Part shown: positions 12,351 through 25,289 of the stretch, piece by piece
How the letters are laid out: each line of letters begins with the position of its first letter
Numbering within the stretch: position 1 is the stretch's first letter
Assembly: GCA_000934665.2 (NCBI GenBank)
Contig: JYFJ02000987.1
Span: 62,001 to 96,927, forward strand
DNA: 34,927 bases
Reading direction: 5' to 3'
From: Catajapyx aquilonaris
Lineage: Eukaryota
Program-made: the position numbers and the translations under genes
The notes under the pieces: generated by a model
Databases searched by the model: none
The model's input: only the letters and a program-made list of their open reading frames with translations
What the model was told of the DNA's origin: nothing

Positions 12351-13289
12351 TGTCGAAATGTTGCGCCCCAAACTTTACGGCTCTTTTTTACGTCCTGTCA
12401 TTCAAAGGAGGTGGATGACCGGCTGATAAGCATCCACAAAACAGCACCTAAATGACCTCTAAAAAGTGTTATGGCATTAGTTCCTTAAAAAGTGGCGACC
12501 TGCTTCCTGCCAAGATTTTAAGAACAATGGACTTAAGCGACAACCAAGTTCATAAAGCTATTTATACACCTTGCGGGAAGGTTTCTGAAACCACTATAGT
12601 GAGGCGTTACAAGTTACATGTTCAAATCGCGGATAACCGGGGTTCACTGTATACTATGTAAAATGAAAAATTAATGCCAAATCAACTGATCGGTTACATG
12701 GATGCCCCACCCATCGATGAATCAGTAGGTCACATTTGCACCTAATTCACATAGAATCTCAACTCTACACTGAGAGGATGAGAGGATTCCTGGTTTCTAC
12801 AGCTTGGTTGACTGACAACACCTAAGTTTGACTTTCGCAACACGCGGGTACTCGAGCTTGGCATTCATCAGTTACGCCCCGTGAACTTTCTTAGCTCGCA
12901 CTCCGATGGTGGCGAAATAGTCGGAGAGGTTTCTCAGCCGCAAACAGCGTAAGCCGCAGCTCATCGAAGACGTCTATCTTTAGTACACAAAGTACAAAGG
13001 CTGAGTCCTGTCCAAGGATAGTATTTATCACATACTAATTCGGACAAAAAGAATTATTGCAGATAAATGTTTGGACCATTTACTGCACCATACTACTGGC
13101 ACCAGTTGGCAAGAAACACATTATTAGATGTACAAATTCTGCCCCTCTGCTATTCATCACAGCACAAAAGAGCGAAAAAAATAAACAGTACAAAGCTGAG
13201 CAATAGATTTCCAGACTATACAGTCAAATATTCCTCTTTTTGTGCTTTAAAACGAGGCTCGACAGTCTGTGGATAATGTCACATTTCGG

Positions 13290-13815
13290 CACTGATTCAA
13301 AAGCCCACTGCAGTTTATCCCCCGCGGCCCAGATGAAAAAGGTTGAAAATTTCAGACCCTTTCAACTGGTTATGAAAGAAAAGGAGGCCGGTGCCTCGTA
13401 ATGTCAGCAATTCTTACAATAGCAAGCTTCTGCCCAGTTGAACATTTCCCTCTGCGATTTGGGGCACAAGCAAAAGCAATATTAACGTGTCATTTCTGCG
13501 GTCGGCAACAGGCGGAGGAAAGGAAGCTCCGGGGCTAAAAAGAAAAGTTCCATTTGTGTCATAAGGCGACCCTAACTATTGTGTCTTCCGCCGCAGTCTG
13601 CTTCCGCTTGCTCCATAATCGTTACGGTGGAGGGGCAAACACTGACCTCGGACACCAAACTCGACCGCAACTCCAGGCGACATGCAATAACCATTGCACA
13701 ACTGGGGCCTCCCACTGCTAAATGGCAGAAATATTATATAGGCTCTGGACTAAACCGAAGAAATTACAAAATTTCAGGATGTGGCTACGACTATACTCCA
13801 GACCATAACATATAG
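13290..13815 (+). mobile_element. Degenerate LINE RT core (R1-like)
   Basis: VENFRPFQLV (~ENYRPISLL) near 13342. Then IVTVEGQT..AQLGPPTAKWQKYY (~VxxxGxxS..GSxLGPxLWNxxY) in ORF 13579..13815. Confidence 0.55.
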
Positions 13816-14445
13816 GAACTGTTTGAAGCAACCACACTCACATATGCATCAATACTTCCAAGATGGCGAACAGATGGTGTCCGAACCATCTGCATTTACT
13901 CAAAGCTATTAGTTATTGCCGGATGTGGTGGCACTTGTATCTGAACAGTATACCCGTGTGTTGCATCTAGTGCATATACACACAGCGGAGAGCACCGACC
14001 TCACGATTCAGTAAAACAAAAACCCAGAATTTTGCCTTGCGATTAAATGTTATTAATGTGGACAAAAAACCAAGCAACAACTCATGTCAAGGCAAAACCC
14101 CATTCTTATGTTTTACTGACTTGTGAGTTCGGTGCTTGCTGCCCTCAATGAAGAAACAAAATGAAGACGCATTATATCAGACAAATAAGATTATTTTGGG
14201 TGCAATGAACGTCTCTTTGAACCTCTCCTTGCTCATGCAGATACACATACACACAGCATGCAATTGTAACTAAGGTACTACAAAAGGGTCGGGTTTACTA
14301 AAATTCGTCAAAAATGCTTTTTGGAAAATGAGCTCTTCAGAACCCATTTCAAATATACAAAACCAACAGAAAGTTTTCCATAATACCTCGATACAAAAAA
14401 AACACTTTCTCAGATCTTTAGTAAGTTGTAGGCTCCTTAGTAATA

Positions 14446-16400
14446 TTACAATAACGAAAGATGTAGAGGAAATATTTCACTAGAGACATAAGTAAACGTA
14501 ACAGGGGCTCCTCCTAATCCCTCTTCACAGGCATCTTGATCGAACCTGACACCATGGCATCCACGACAGAGACCGTTACTTTGGAACCGGTAAGACGAAT
14601 CCCAACACGGTTTTGTACTTTCAATATTGCTAAAAAATTCAGAACGCTCTTCAACTTGTCTGTGTACAGCACATAGTTCCAATATCAAAACCCTTAGTCG
14701 GTCCTTCTCTTTCACACCACACAACTGCACGCCATTCTTGTTGCTCTTTCATTGCACGCAGAATGATTGGTCATGAAGGATTGTTTGGGCTCTGGGGGCC
14801 GGAGAGGCTGTTTCCGAGTGTATATACAGCGGATATCGGTTGAACGCCAGGCGAGTCCCNCCCCTTTCCACTTGTAAGGCTCATAATATCGATTGCAGCT
14901 CAAAAGCCAAGCATGCACCCCTGCAGCATTATTTCCACCGCCTCTAAACCCCCTTCTGTCATCCCTCCTCCCCCAGAAGCAGCAAGAGAGGGGACCTATA
15001 CATCGCATCCACTTCGTGATGGATCCGACTTGGACTGGATACACCGCTATATGCTATGGAGCATCAGGCCAATACCTTGGAAGCCGGTTTTTCCGGGATT
15101 ACGGGGGCGACAGGATCATTTTGCCATATGATGGCTGGTAATGATGCGGATCTCCGCTAAGCAACTTTTATGGCCGAATAAGAAAAATGCGCTACATTTT
15201 TATTGCCCGGATTTTGCAACAAAGTGGGTCGAATTAGGTGCCAGAAAACTGATTTGGGACGTTCCCTCGAGGATCTGCACAAAATGGCATTTTTCTCGCG
15301 AAATGAGCAGCCCGCAATGTGGCTGCAAAAGCTTCCCATGGGCCATGACAGTTCCACAGCTAACTTTTGGCATCTGCCCTGGAAGTCTTGCCTCCCACCC
15401 TCTGATTGATCAGGCACTTCTCCCTCGGCCAGTGATTATCGTCCTTATATCTCGCTTAGCCAACGTTGATGTGGACATTTCTGAATAGCGCGGGCCTTGC
15501 GAAGGTGCCAGTTTGTTTGGCATCGCTGTTGACATGCAAAAGAGCACACATCCCTGGGCCGGAGGTGTTTGTAATACATCCACAACAGACGTGCACATAC
15601 AAGGTAGTCCACCGATAACTCCTGAACCATGTGAGACAACATGTGCACCGTGTAAATCGATTAGTTACACCCATCAAGTGCGGAGACCGTCCGCCAAATA
15701 ATTGAGGTGACAGACAAGCGAACGGTTCAAGTATATCAAAGCGGTGCTTTAACGTGGTTTGTGCTTGTAATTACGCAATGTAACCAATGAAGCCTTTGGC
15801 GTGCAGACAATAAATTAATCACTGTAAAAACTCTTGGCGTAAACATAGCAGATTACAAGCCCTACAACAAACAAAGCAACAACAAAAAAAACATTCTACC
15901 TAACATACGTAAGTCATAAAATACAAATCAACCTTAGAACAAAAAAGGGAACCAATTTTCAGATGACACATTCAAAGCCATAAAGTTACTCCCCTACCCC
16001 CCTACATACAACTAATAGTGTCTGATTGCACAAAACATCGGCAATATATTATATGGCCCCCTGTAAAGCAGGCCGCATTTCCGAATTTCTCATGACACTT
16101 CCACACCACTGAATGCATGAGTCACAATGTGCGTCACGGGGCCATGAGCACGTGTAATTTGAGCCTTTGTGAATGAGGGGTACATGGTTGAGTCCCGCCT
16201 TTGAGTTGGCCCCCCTCCCCGTCAATGGCGGGGGTAGGCATAAATCATACGATTTTGGAGAGGGCAAAAGTGGGGCTGCCCCCATTTGCCAAGGCGCCAC
16301 GCTCCCAGCCATATGCGAGCCTTCAGGGACCCAAGCAACTCTTCATCGCTCGTTTTCAAGCCAAATAATAACAATATTGCCGCCTTCCTCCCTGAACTCT
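14446..16400 (-). mobile_element. Degenerate RTE-like LINE, endonuclease through C-terminus (internally shortened)
   Basis: Ordered motifs on the minus strand: QMGAAPLL..KSYDL and RDAHCDS (EN: NGxxLL, RGADCDSDH), DYLVCARLLWMYYK (~NYRGISLL..YK), SQGPR..MST..IRTII (~QxGFRxxRST..LRxII), QDFQGRCQKL..LSW (~DFxKAFDxV..LW), LCGVKEKDRLR (~ICGVTxxDRIRN). Confidence 0.7.
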
Positions 16401-16439
16401 GATATGGTTGTTCCCAGAACAATCTTGTGCTGCAGTTGA

Positions 16440-17250
16440 CAGCTGGAATTGTCACTGCACCATTCACGGACTGTTTAAAAAAAAATCCCTAACTGTACAA
16501 AGAGAAATGTTGTGCAGAGTCTGGCTCTATGTGTCCGTGAATGTTACAAATAGCTTGTTAGCAACGCACACAATTGGTTGCTGTGGAGGCTTCATTCTCG
16601 GTGAAACTGTGCTTGTAAATGTGACATGGAAACGGCTTCATGTAACTATTCATAACAAAGACTTTGCTGACAGTCAGATGAATGTGCAATTTTACTCGTA
16701 TATCAATTTTTATTTGTAATCAGCAAATAGACTACACAAGTTTGGAAAAATAGAACGATATTAAGTAGGAACTTCTTGCTATAATGATTGCATTGGTATA
16801 CTACACTGTCATGTTTCACTACTGTATAACATAGCAGATTTCTAGGAAAATGTTAACCTGCATCTGGACAGCCAGTTCTTCACAAAGCTTTGTTGCTGTT
16901 GCACACTTCGTGTAACACAGATAGTAATGAGAAATTGCCTGCTCATAAAACCCTCCAAACACAAGGTTATACCTGACGTACCGTAAAAAAAATTTAAAAT
17001 CTGCATTTGTAATGCCTATCACCACTTCATTTCCAAAAGGACGACGGGGGGAAAAAATTGATGGACACCTCCCCTTCAACAGCAGGGTAAAATTCAAATC
17101 ACGAGTAGCACTTGCATACCAAATCCACTCCCTGCTTACCGAATTAATGTTATTGGGTGTCAATCAGCATGGAGCACTATATAAACATGTGCACTGCAGT
17201 TGGTTGATTTAATCCTACATTGAGCCTGCATTTACTGTACAATTACACAA
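16440..17250 (+). mobile_element. Degenerate CR1/L2-like RT core
   Basis: ORF 16408..16719 GCCGGFILGETVLV..DFADS (~GVPQGSILGPLLF..FADD). Then MRNCLLIKPSK (~WMxxNxLxLNPxK) and GEKIDGHLPFNSRV (~LGxxIDxxLxFxxHV). Confidence 0.65.
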
Positions 17251-17749
17251 ACTACGGCTACAGTACTAGACAAAATGATACACCATTTTGCACAGGGTAA
17301 AAAAGAAGTTTCTTTCGGATAATTAACACCCTGTAAATTGGCGGTGCATACATTCGGTCCTGCCGCAGTCAAATCATTAATTTATTCCCGAACTGCATTC
17401 CAGTGCCCCGAAACGGTCGAATAATGCATGATGCACGTTCCATTCTCGTTCTCACTTCATCAATCTCACTCAACACCTAATTCGTCCTCAACCGGACGCA
17501 TTTTTTGCTCCTTTCTAACACTGCCCAGTCCACAATAATTAGAAACAGAGTCATCTACTTAAAATGCTGTTAGTAATCAGTCATATACCACCAAGGTTTT
17601 GATAAACAACCGTCACGTCATATCTATAGGTGAAATAAAAAGGCCGCCATCTAGCATCTCAAGATGGCATAACACTGTCACCTCCTGTACATTACTGTTG
17701 AAACATGAAAATGCTATTTGACGTATAACTCTCAGGCTTCATTTTATGG

Positions 17750-18790
17750 GTCTCTTGCCGCATATCCCCTGAACTTGCATTCTTTTCAATAATATAGGTA
17801 TAGGCTGCCGAATATGGAGAGAGAAAAATGCAGATGTTTGCTACCACCAACTGATATCACCAGGTGTGGCTAATTTATGGAAGCTTTACTCCATTGGAGG
17901 ATGTACTTCCGCGCATTAATAATTAAAAAAATAATATGAATAAACAAAATTTAGGGGAGGATGCAAATTTGCTTGGCATAATCGACAGGGAATCAAGCCA
18001 AATGAAGTGTATAATTTGGATGATCGTGATAAAATCCCGATTGATGATGGACTAATGCAGTACAACACGCCTTTAGGGGGCTTTCACTGATATTGCATGT
18101 TCGCAGAGCCCCGCGAGTTTTTAATGGCCCCATCAATGGCAAGCGGCAACATATCCCAATTAGCCACCAATTACTGTCAAGGTGAAACGGTTAAACGATC
18201 CAGCTGGGGACACTCGGGTTTAAAAGTATGGGATCGAGCTTTCTTTCGGACACACTCCACACGTTCACTGCTAACAATCTGAAAAGACGGGCAGGAAGTT
18301 CGTTCACCTAATCGATCCGAAGAACAAAAGTTTATGTGCAGTTACAGGTTACAACTTATGGAGCAGTGCACATACTTACAAGTTGCAGGTCTCTTGCCTC
18401 GGGGAAATTGGAAGGACATGTTGCTATCAAAGCTGCTTATCTATTTAAACCTTCATTGAATATTCTACACAAATAAGACAGAATAATATAAATTTTAAAA
18501 ACATTGGGGGCAGATATACAGTTCCGAAGGCCTTCCGAAGCCTTCCGAAGCAGGTTTACGACAACAATAATAACACCAACATTACAAAGCAAAAGCAAAA
18601 AAACAGTGCACAATTTCCCTATTACCATTCGTTGGCATTTCGGCAATTTTTAATATCCTATCCGATACTATACCATTCGATAACCTTTCTGCCAACACCA
18701 TAAGTGTGCCAACGCTGAACTAGGATGATGAAGTTATTTGTGCTTAATTCAAACATGAATTTCCTCTAAAACAAAGAAGAAGAAGAAATA
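17750..18790 (+). mobile_element. Degenerate RTE-like RT to 3' end with short (GAA)4 tail
   Basis: NLWKL..G, FRGGCKF (~VRQGCxL), YNLDD (~YADD), QGETVKR, TTYGA (~LTYGAE), IRWHFGN (~LRWFGH). (GAA)4 at 18776-18787. Confidence 0.55.
18521..18550. repeat. Short tandem repeat, 3 x ~10 bp (CCTTCCGAAG)
   Basis: GTTCCGAAGG CCTTCCGAAG CCTTCCGAAG read directly. Confidence 0.85.
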
Positions 18791-19779
18791 TATGTAAATT
18801 TACCATAAATCTGACTTCCGAACATAGCGCATTCTCTTTGGACAAAAAAGGCATACTCTCAAAATCAGGCCCTGCATCTCTTTCAATAATAATCAATTTT
18901 ACATTTGGAATAACTATAATTTCATCATTGTTATTTTAATCGTATCAGCCCGCAGTTAACTCATTCACATTGTAGGGACAGCAATTACACGCCAGTTTCA
19001 TGCAGCAATTATTGTGTCGACTTTTTAATCGAATTATAGCTTCATGCAAATGTAACATGATAATGCGGCTTCCCAACAAATGCATGAAGTGTAAATCTGT
19101 GGGCGACTAATTCAATGCAGGTAACATTTTTGATGTTCCCCTTTAAACAAACATCCCACAAGGACTTATAATAGGGATGATGGGAATACATGGGGACGAC
19201 ATGGCTGTAATTACGTGTTTTAAAACGTATAATTCCTTGCAGCTGCTTACACGCATAAAGCAGTGGTGTGCTGGAGTCTCACAACCTTTTCCAGAAATCA
19301 CAGCATGTATAGTTTCTAACCTAAGTTCATTGTAGTTAAAATTGAATCACACTGTACAATAAGCTAAATAACTTATCATATGCAAACATTGTGCTCTCTC
19401 GAACAATATCAGGTAAGACCTACTGTAAATGTAAAAGCGGCTTACAATAAATAATTCGGATAAAACTCTACACGGCATAGCACAATCCAGAAAAAAATGA
19501 ATCCTACCTCACATTCATAAAATATTTCCCTCATTTTCAATTCTCAAAAAAACCCATCATCTCCAAAATATCTCGTCCCACTTTGATAAACCCAAGTTTG
19601 TTTTTGTCAGTTTCTTCCCCGCCTAAAAACGTCCGCTTCCTGCAGCCTCGCTCCCCGACATGAAAAGAGCCAAAGCTCGGATAATAATTACGCGAGCACC
19701 GACTCGCAGTCAGGAAATTACGCCCTAGACGCCTTCCGCACCAGGTAATTAAACATGGCCCTAAACAAGTCTAGTGCCG

Positions 19780-20270
19780 GAAGGCCCGCGTCTAATTCTA
19801 TCAATGACTACGGCGCGACTTGTACAGGCCAATTTGGGTCAATCCATACCATAGTATAAGCAAAGTTTTCTCTCACCACACGACCTTCCCTCACAAGTTG
19901 CCTCCCAAGAGACCAATCTCAAGAGTGATTTAAACTAGAGGCAACCTCCGTGCAAACTTTGGGCTCGATGCTTCGCTAAGAAAATAAATTCCCTCCTACC
20001 CGTATACAGCTCCATTTTTTTTTTCGCCAACTCCTGCCTCAGACCCTTCCAATCAAAAGTTATTCCTCCGCCACATAGTAGCTGGCCGGATTTTTATGCC
20101 CGGCCAAAAGCTTCATATACGGGAACCGCAGTGAGGATGCAACAGCTTTAGTTTGCATTTTTAGTGTGGCTCCACAAAGGTACTTCGATAGGGAACGCGA
20201 GGGGCTGCAAATCCGAATGGAATAAAATAACATGGCAGTCTCATCCTGGCCTCTATGCAACATGTCGCAC
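19780..20270 (-). mobile_element. Possible CR1/L2-like thumb/C-terminal relic
   Basis: ORF 20060..20263 AMLFYSIRICS..LCGA..KLLAG..SY loosely resembles xxLYxxxIxS..WxGA..RxIxG..SY. Confidence 0.35.
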
Positions 20271-20973
20271 TGTGCACACCGTGAGGTATAAGCAGCAGGA
20301 GAAACTTTCAGCTGAAAAGTAACTAGGGAACATTGACTGACCTCGAGGTCACACTATTCGCATCAAAGTAAACACAAAACAAATTCATACACATCATAAA
20401 ATAAAATTTTGTCGCAAAAAAAGCAAAGTGAATTAAAAACTCTTAGAAATCGTATGTTTCATGCATACGAAGACGAAGCCTAGTGAAAAATTGTCCTGGC
20501 ATGCCAATATACTGTAGTCGCCTTGATATGAGCATTAAATTAAGTCAGAGGAATAGTAATGTAGCTAAAATTAACTGCCCCCTCCTGTGAGCGTGACAAC
20601 TTTTATCCCAACTTCAGTACCAGTAGGTTAGGGAGTAAAACCTTGAACGTTACGGTTTCCTTCCCTTTCCCTGAGTAGGTGTACAGAACAAGTATAATGC
20701 AGTGGAGCAGCTAGTTAATTACGCAGTTTAAAAACATAATTGAAACTGGTGCCCCGAGCGCCTCTGTATAAGATCAGAGGAACTGTGTTCTGGTCAGTTA
20801 ATTTCCACAACGGCATGATTTCAAGGTATAACATGTGAACAGAACTCTGCACGAATGCATTAGTTCTACCGCGTTTTCTGTCATAGTCTGGTCAAAAAAA
20901 AATCATGTTTAACAATGTGTGCACTGGAACTGAATGAACTATCCAACAACTCAACGCGTAAGTTATCCACTTA

Positions 20974-21850
20974 TCATATACTGCATTGAAATACATCGTA
21001 ATAATTATACACCATATCCATAGGATTTAAAATAAAACTATTAGCAACACAAAATAATACTCTGGTCCACCACTCATCAGAATTAGGCACAGTGATATAA
21101 AATAATTGATCAAATGTACAGTACTTGAGGCTCCAACAAAGCCGGAATAACACGTTTTGAAGCTGACACATTTTTATGACACTAGAACTTTCGTTAGCTT
21201 ATGTTCGTCACTCTTGAATCCTGTTCCTTAATGACTGCAGCGTTTGTTCCCCTTTAAGCTCTGAAAAAATCAATTTGGTGATAAACTCGCATTGGAGTTG
21301 ACGAGTCCGGCGTCCAGAGAAGCCTGACCTGTTGTACCCAGGCACTGACCAGAAGATTACCTCTGAACAACCTTCTTCGAAACAGGCCCCAGCAAAGAGC
21401 CCTGTCTGGCCCGCCGAAAAGCCGTCCCTAATCTTCACCGGGAGCCCAAAAATAAAGATTAATTTCCACCACGACCTGCGATAGCCCCTCACAGAACAGA
21501 CAAAAAAAAGAGAGCCCCAGCAGATACATGGTACCCAAGCTCCCCCTTCTAATACAAGAGGATCAGGCGGGGCTGGCATCCTCCCCCATCCCCCAAACCA
21601 AGAAAACTCCCCTCTGGATAATACTCTCCAATCATAAATTTCCCGGGTCGATTGGCTCCGGGCCCCTGCAGAACAATACGGGTCTCGCCACTTATCCGGG
21701 GGACAGCAGCCAATATATTTGGCCAGTGCAGTGGTGTCCTCCCACTATCAAAAACTGTGCGTACCAAAGTAACCGCTGTGTATCCCCCTCCTTTCATTTC
21801 CACCACCATAGGGAAACTCCCCTTTAACTTACTGGCACCCTGCTGATGTG
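20974..21850 (-). mobile_element. Degenerate RTE-like RT domain
   Basis: VEMKGGG..LVRTVFDSGRTPLHW (~ELLKxGG..LF..GxxPxxW), EGSFLGLGDGGGC (~EEQxGFRxGRGC), RRSWWKLIFIFGLPVKI..EGCSEVIF (~RxxLWxxLxxFGxPxKL..GxxSxxF). Confidence 0.7.
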
Positions 21851-22577
21851 TCCATGCAGCGCCCTTATGGGTTTAGGGGAAATGGCAGACACTCGTTAAG
21901 GGCCAAATGATATATGTACCAAAGCTATATATAGCACTTACCGTATATAAAAACACCAGCGAAATCCTACGCGGGCGGCAAATCTGAAAAGAGAAAAGAA
22001 CATTGTATGAATAATTGCACACCTAATTAATACATCAACTACATTCAGTGCAGGTTACACACTCGGAGGCAGTCTCTTTTTTTCAGTCGAGATTCTGTAA
22101 AAGGGGACACTCAGGCGTGAGGAATAGTTTCAGAATCGTAGGTCCTTTGTAGCGCCAATAATTTTATTCGCGGCCTTTGATAAGAACTTTGACTTCACTT
22201 TTATAATTACCAATTAGCTCAAAATGAGAACTTTCAGAGACTTTCACTCACGACTATACTTATGGGATGCCACATCCGCTTCCGTATAGAGTGAATATTG
22301 ATTTGCTACCAATTACACATTGAAATTACTACCAGTACATAAAATGGGCATTAGGTAATAAAAAATTCGATTCAATGAATACATTTTCTATGCGCCAGCA
22401 TTAATTTGGTCGCTTTTGTTCGTGTTCTGCTTCAAGTAAACCTTTCGGCAGGGTTGTAAATGCACAACGTACACAACAAAAACACACTTTTAATTTTAAA
22501 ACATTTGCTGTCGACAGTCCCTCGCCCTCCCGACATATACTTCATTTCTAACATTTAGCAAGTCAGAGACCGGAGAC

Positions 22578-23018
22578 TTGGCTTGTCGCCAACCTTATAC
22601 GTATAGTATCGAACTATTCAGGGAACACCCTGTACATGCAGGCAAGCCACGTTACACACTGGCACCTAAAAGTAAATCAATAAGAGGGTGCAGACACCCC
22701 CAAATCTGCTCCCCTCCCTGCTCTAGATGGGCAATTATACCCCCAAAAGGCTGTTGTCCGTCCGTCGTAAACGACATTTGGAGGTTTGGAAGAAGACAGC
22801 CAGAGAGCCAGTACGTAAAAAAGGAGGGTGGGACCAAATGTCGTATATCAAGTCCAACCGAGAGGCAGTGTTTAAATCTGGAGGGCAGTATATAGGCAGG
22901 CCTCTCACTGCCAACCGTAGTTGGGTCCAGTCGCAAAAACCTGATGTGGGGTAGAGGATAGAGTGGAAGGGCAGGGCTGTGGGGGTATAAGAGAGAAAGG
23001 AAAAGAAGAAAAAAAAAA
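22578..23018 (+). mobile_element. 5'-truncated RTE-like 3' end with purine/A-rich tail
   Basis: SRWAII (~LRWAGH), RKKGG..SYIK..FKSGG..TANRSW (~RxxGGxxxRYKD..LKxxG..AxNRSxW). Tail GAAAAGAAGAAAAAAAAAA ends near 23018. Confidence 0.55.
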
Positions 23019-23057
23019 CGCGTGTGCAGCATATAGCATCCCCCTCCTCCCGACACA

Positions 23058-24420
23058 TTGACCAAATGGCCAACTGTCCTTCCCTTGTACTCTCATTCTG
23101 GAACACTGCCCTGTAAAATACCGGGGCCGAAGCATCCCCTCAGCAATATTTCACACAATAGGGCTTCCTCCTCCATTACCAACACTGGCTGTAAAATCAC
23201 CCCCCTCCTTTCAAATACCAAATGGCTGCTCCCAAAAGTGGGGAGCGGAGGGCGGGAGACCAGGATCAGTTTCCAACCTCACCTAATGCATTTCAAAACG
23301 CGATTCTGTCTTTGAACGAGGGAGAGTGTTAATTAAAATATGCATGAAGGTGACACCTCTAGCAAGACGCAATTAACCTTATACCAACAAAACTGACAAG
23401 ATGCGCTTTTACATGTAACTCTGCAAAGCAATATAATTATCAAGCCCAAACTCCACTAAATAATCTTATTTACAGATATTCGTACAGTATACATATTGTC
23501 AATGTGATCTGCAGTAAATAAGTTTAAAACATGGGTCCAACAGCGTGTAGGGTTTGGCATCATATATGTCAGGAAACTACCATGCAGGGATTCGTCACCC
23601 TCAACAATATTCCGAAACCCCCATTTCTGTCTGGCTACTTGAAACCGCACTCGAGGGATGGCCGTCCTCCGGCCCCCCTCACCCCAGCAGCCGCCTTCTC
23701 CTCTCCCCCTTTTCCGTTTCCATTAATTACATCAGGCGCTAATCGATTTCTCAAATTGCCTTCTCCCACAGATGTGCTCATCGTCAATGTAAATAGTCTT
23801 TCCGGATGGTCCAACACAAGCTTCATCATGATGGCTGGCAATGCATCGCTGCCATTACACCAGGATGCCAGTTCCGGCTCAGTATGCTAAACATCCTCCA
23901 GGCTGTGCCACCTGCGCTTCCAACTTACATCTATTGCAAGCCAACTACCTACTTCGCCCCTAATCATATCCGACACTGGCCTCCACTGGGTACCATAGCA
24001 GCCTCCTCTGCATTTATTTTTAAAATTGTTGTTCTCAGGTGAAACAACTGCTTGTGACTGTACGTAATCGGCTTTGGCTTTGCCTACGGGCCAGTTGTCT
24101 CAACTCTTCCATAAGTCTACACTGATTGCATTTTATGCTTCCCTGACGCATTTTGGCCAACCGTCCTTCCCAGCAGCCCAGGGCTCAACATCGTGTAAAT
24201 ACTAGCTCCTCTTTCCTACGCAGATTGTGATTCGCACCGGAGCAGCTAATTCCACTTCTTTCAGTAGCAGCTGTGAAAAGCCCATAATTCTTCTGGAGGC
24301 GAGCATTACTTGGCGAAAGAAAGGGAACATCCGAGTTGCAATTAAAGTGGGATATGATTGTGATGAAAAGGGACAGCTCCCCCAGGCGCTTTCTGGCAAA
24401 GTGGGAGAATAATTAGTCCA
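23058..24420 (+). mobile_element. Degenerate I/Jockey- or L2-group RT and thumb (possibly two fused relics)
   Basis: LPCKIPGPKHP..HNRASSSITNTGCK (~IPIPKPGKDP..YRPISLTSxxCK), EGWPSSG..LSPFSVSINYI (~NGVPQGS..LFxIAINDI), STLIAFYASL and SSCEKPI (thumb). Confidence 0.55.
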
Positions 24421-25289
24421 TAACACTGTTTTAATTGGGGAGCCAAGGCCCGGTCGCAGCTCATCCATCCGTCGTTAAGGCACTGAAGGTGAATGCCAGG
24501 CAGCCTTTCTCCCTCTTAATAAGGCTTACCAAAAGCCGCTTATGGTATATTGTATTCCTTATGATTCAGAGTCAATAATTACCGTGGATCTGGTTATGTG
24601 CACACAACCTGGCGTTTTGTTAACACTAGGTTCTACAATCACAGAGAGATCACACTGAGAAAAGCTTGGGATGCGTGTAAGGAATGCACAGATTCCAACA
24701 TTTACACACTCGTCACCTCCTATTGGTCAGGTCAGGTTCTTAGAAAGAATAGTAACTCTCTATTATTGCAACTGCCACAAGGATGCCAGTATTGTCTCGA
24801 TATATCATGTCGCCGTATAGAAGATTAAGAGTGGAGAGGGTAATATTCTGGAATGTAATCTCAAAGTGTGTCACATTGAAAACACGAAGCTCGTAAACAT
24901 ACCACAAGTTTTAAGAAGTCACACAATACCAAAAAAATGCCAGTTCAAACATGCCACGCCGCATAGGCCTACACTAATGCAAATGGAGCACGCCATTTCT
25001 TTACATCTATAACGGGAGCTTCCGTGTCAAAGGGTAATTCATCATTCAATTCATGCCTACAAGAAAAATTGGTCTGTTTTGCTCAATAACATCCCAAATT
25101 GCCTTCCTCTGAAAATCACGCTGAGTGAATTTCAATGATCCTAAACAACTGCTATTACTTTAATACGTGGTGGTAGGTTGCTATCGGACAAAAATGATTG
25201 AAAACACTTCTTTTTTCCCATAGCCTGCTGTGAGTTCTTTACTTACATCACCGTTCTCATTTTGACTCATGCGAGGAATGGGCTGTAAG

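Noticed and set aside
14530..14595. tRNA-derived SINE suggested by a B-box-like GGTTCGATC on the minus strand
   Set aside because: No convincing A-box or cloverleaf, and the segment is colinear with the RTE C-terminal frame.
14860..14860. Single N as an assembly join
   Set aside because: It lies within a C-run and the RTE relic continues colinearly across it, so it is most likely one ambiguous base.
21300..21850. ADAR A-to-G or APOBEC hyperediting as the cause of G/C runs
   Set aside because: This relic is G-rich on its sense strand, but others (e.g. 7122-7480) gain both C-runs and G-runs on the same strand. A single strand-specific deamination does not explain the pattern.
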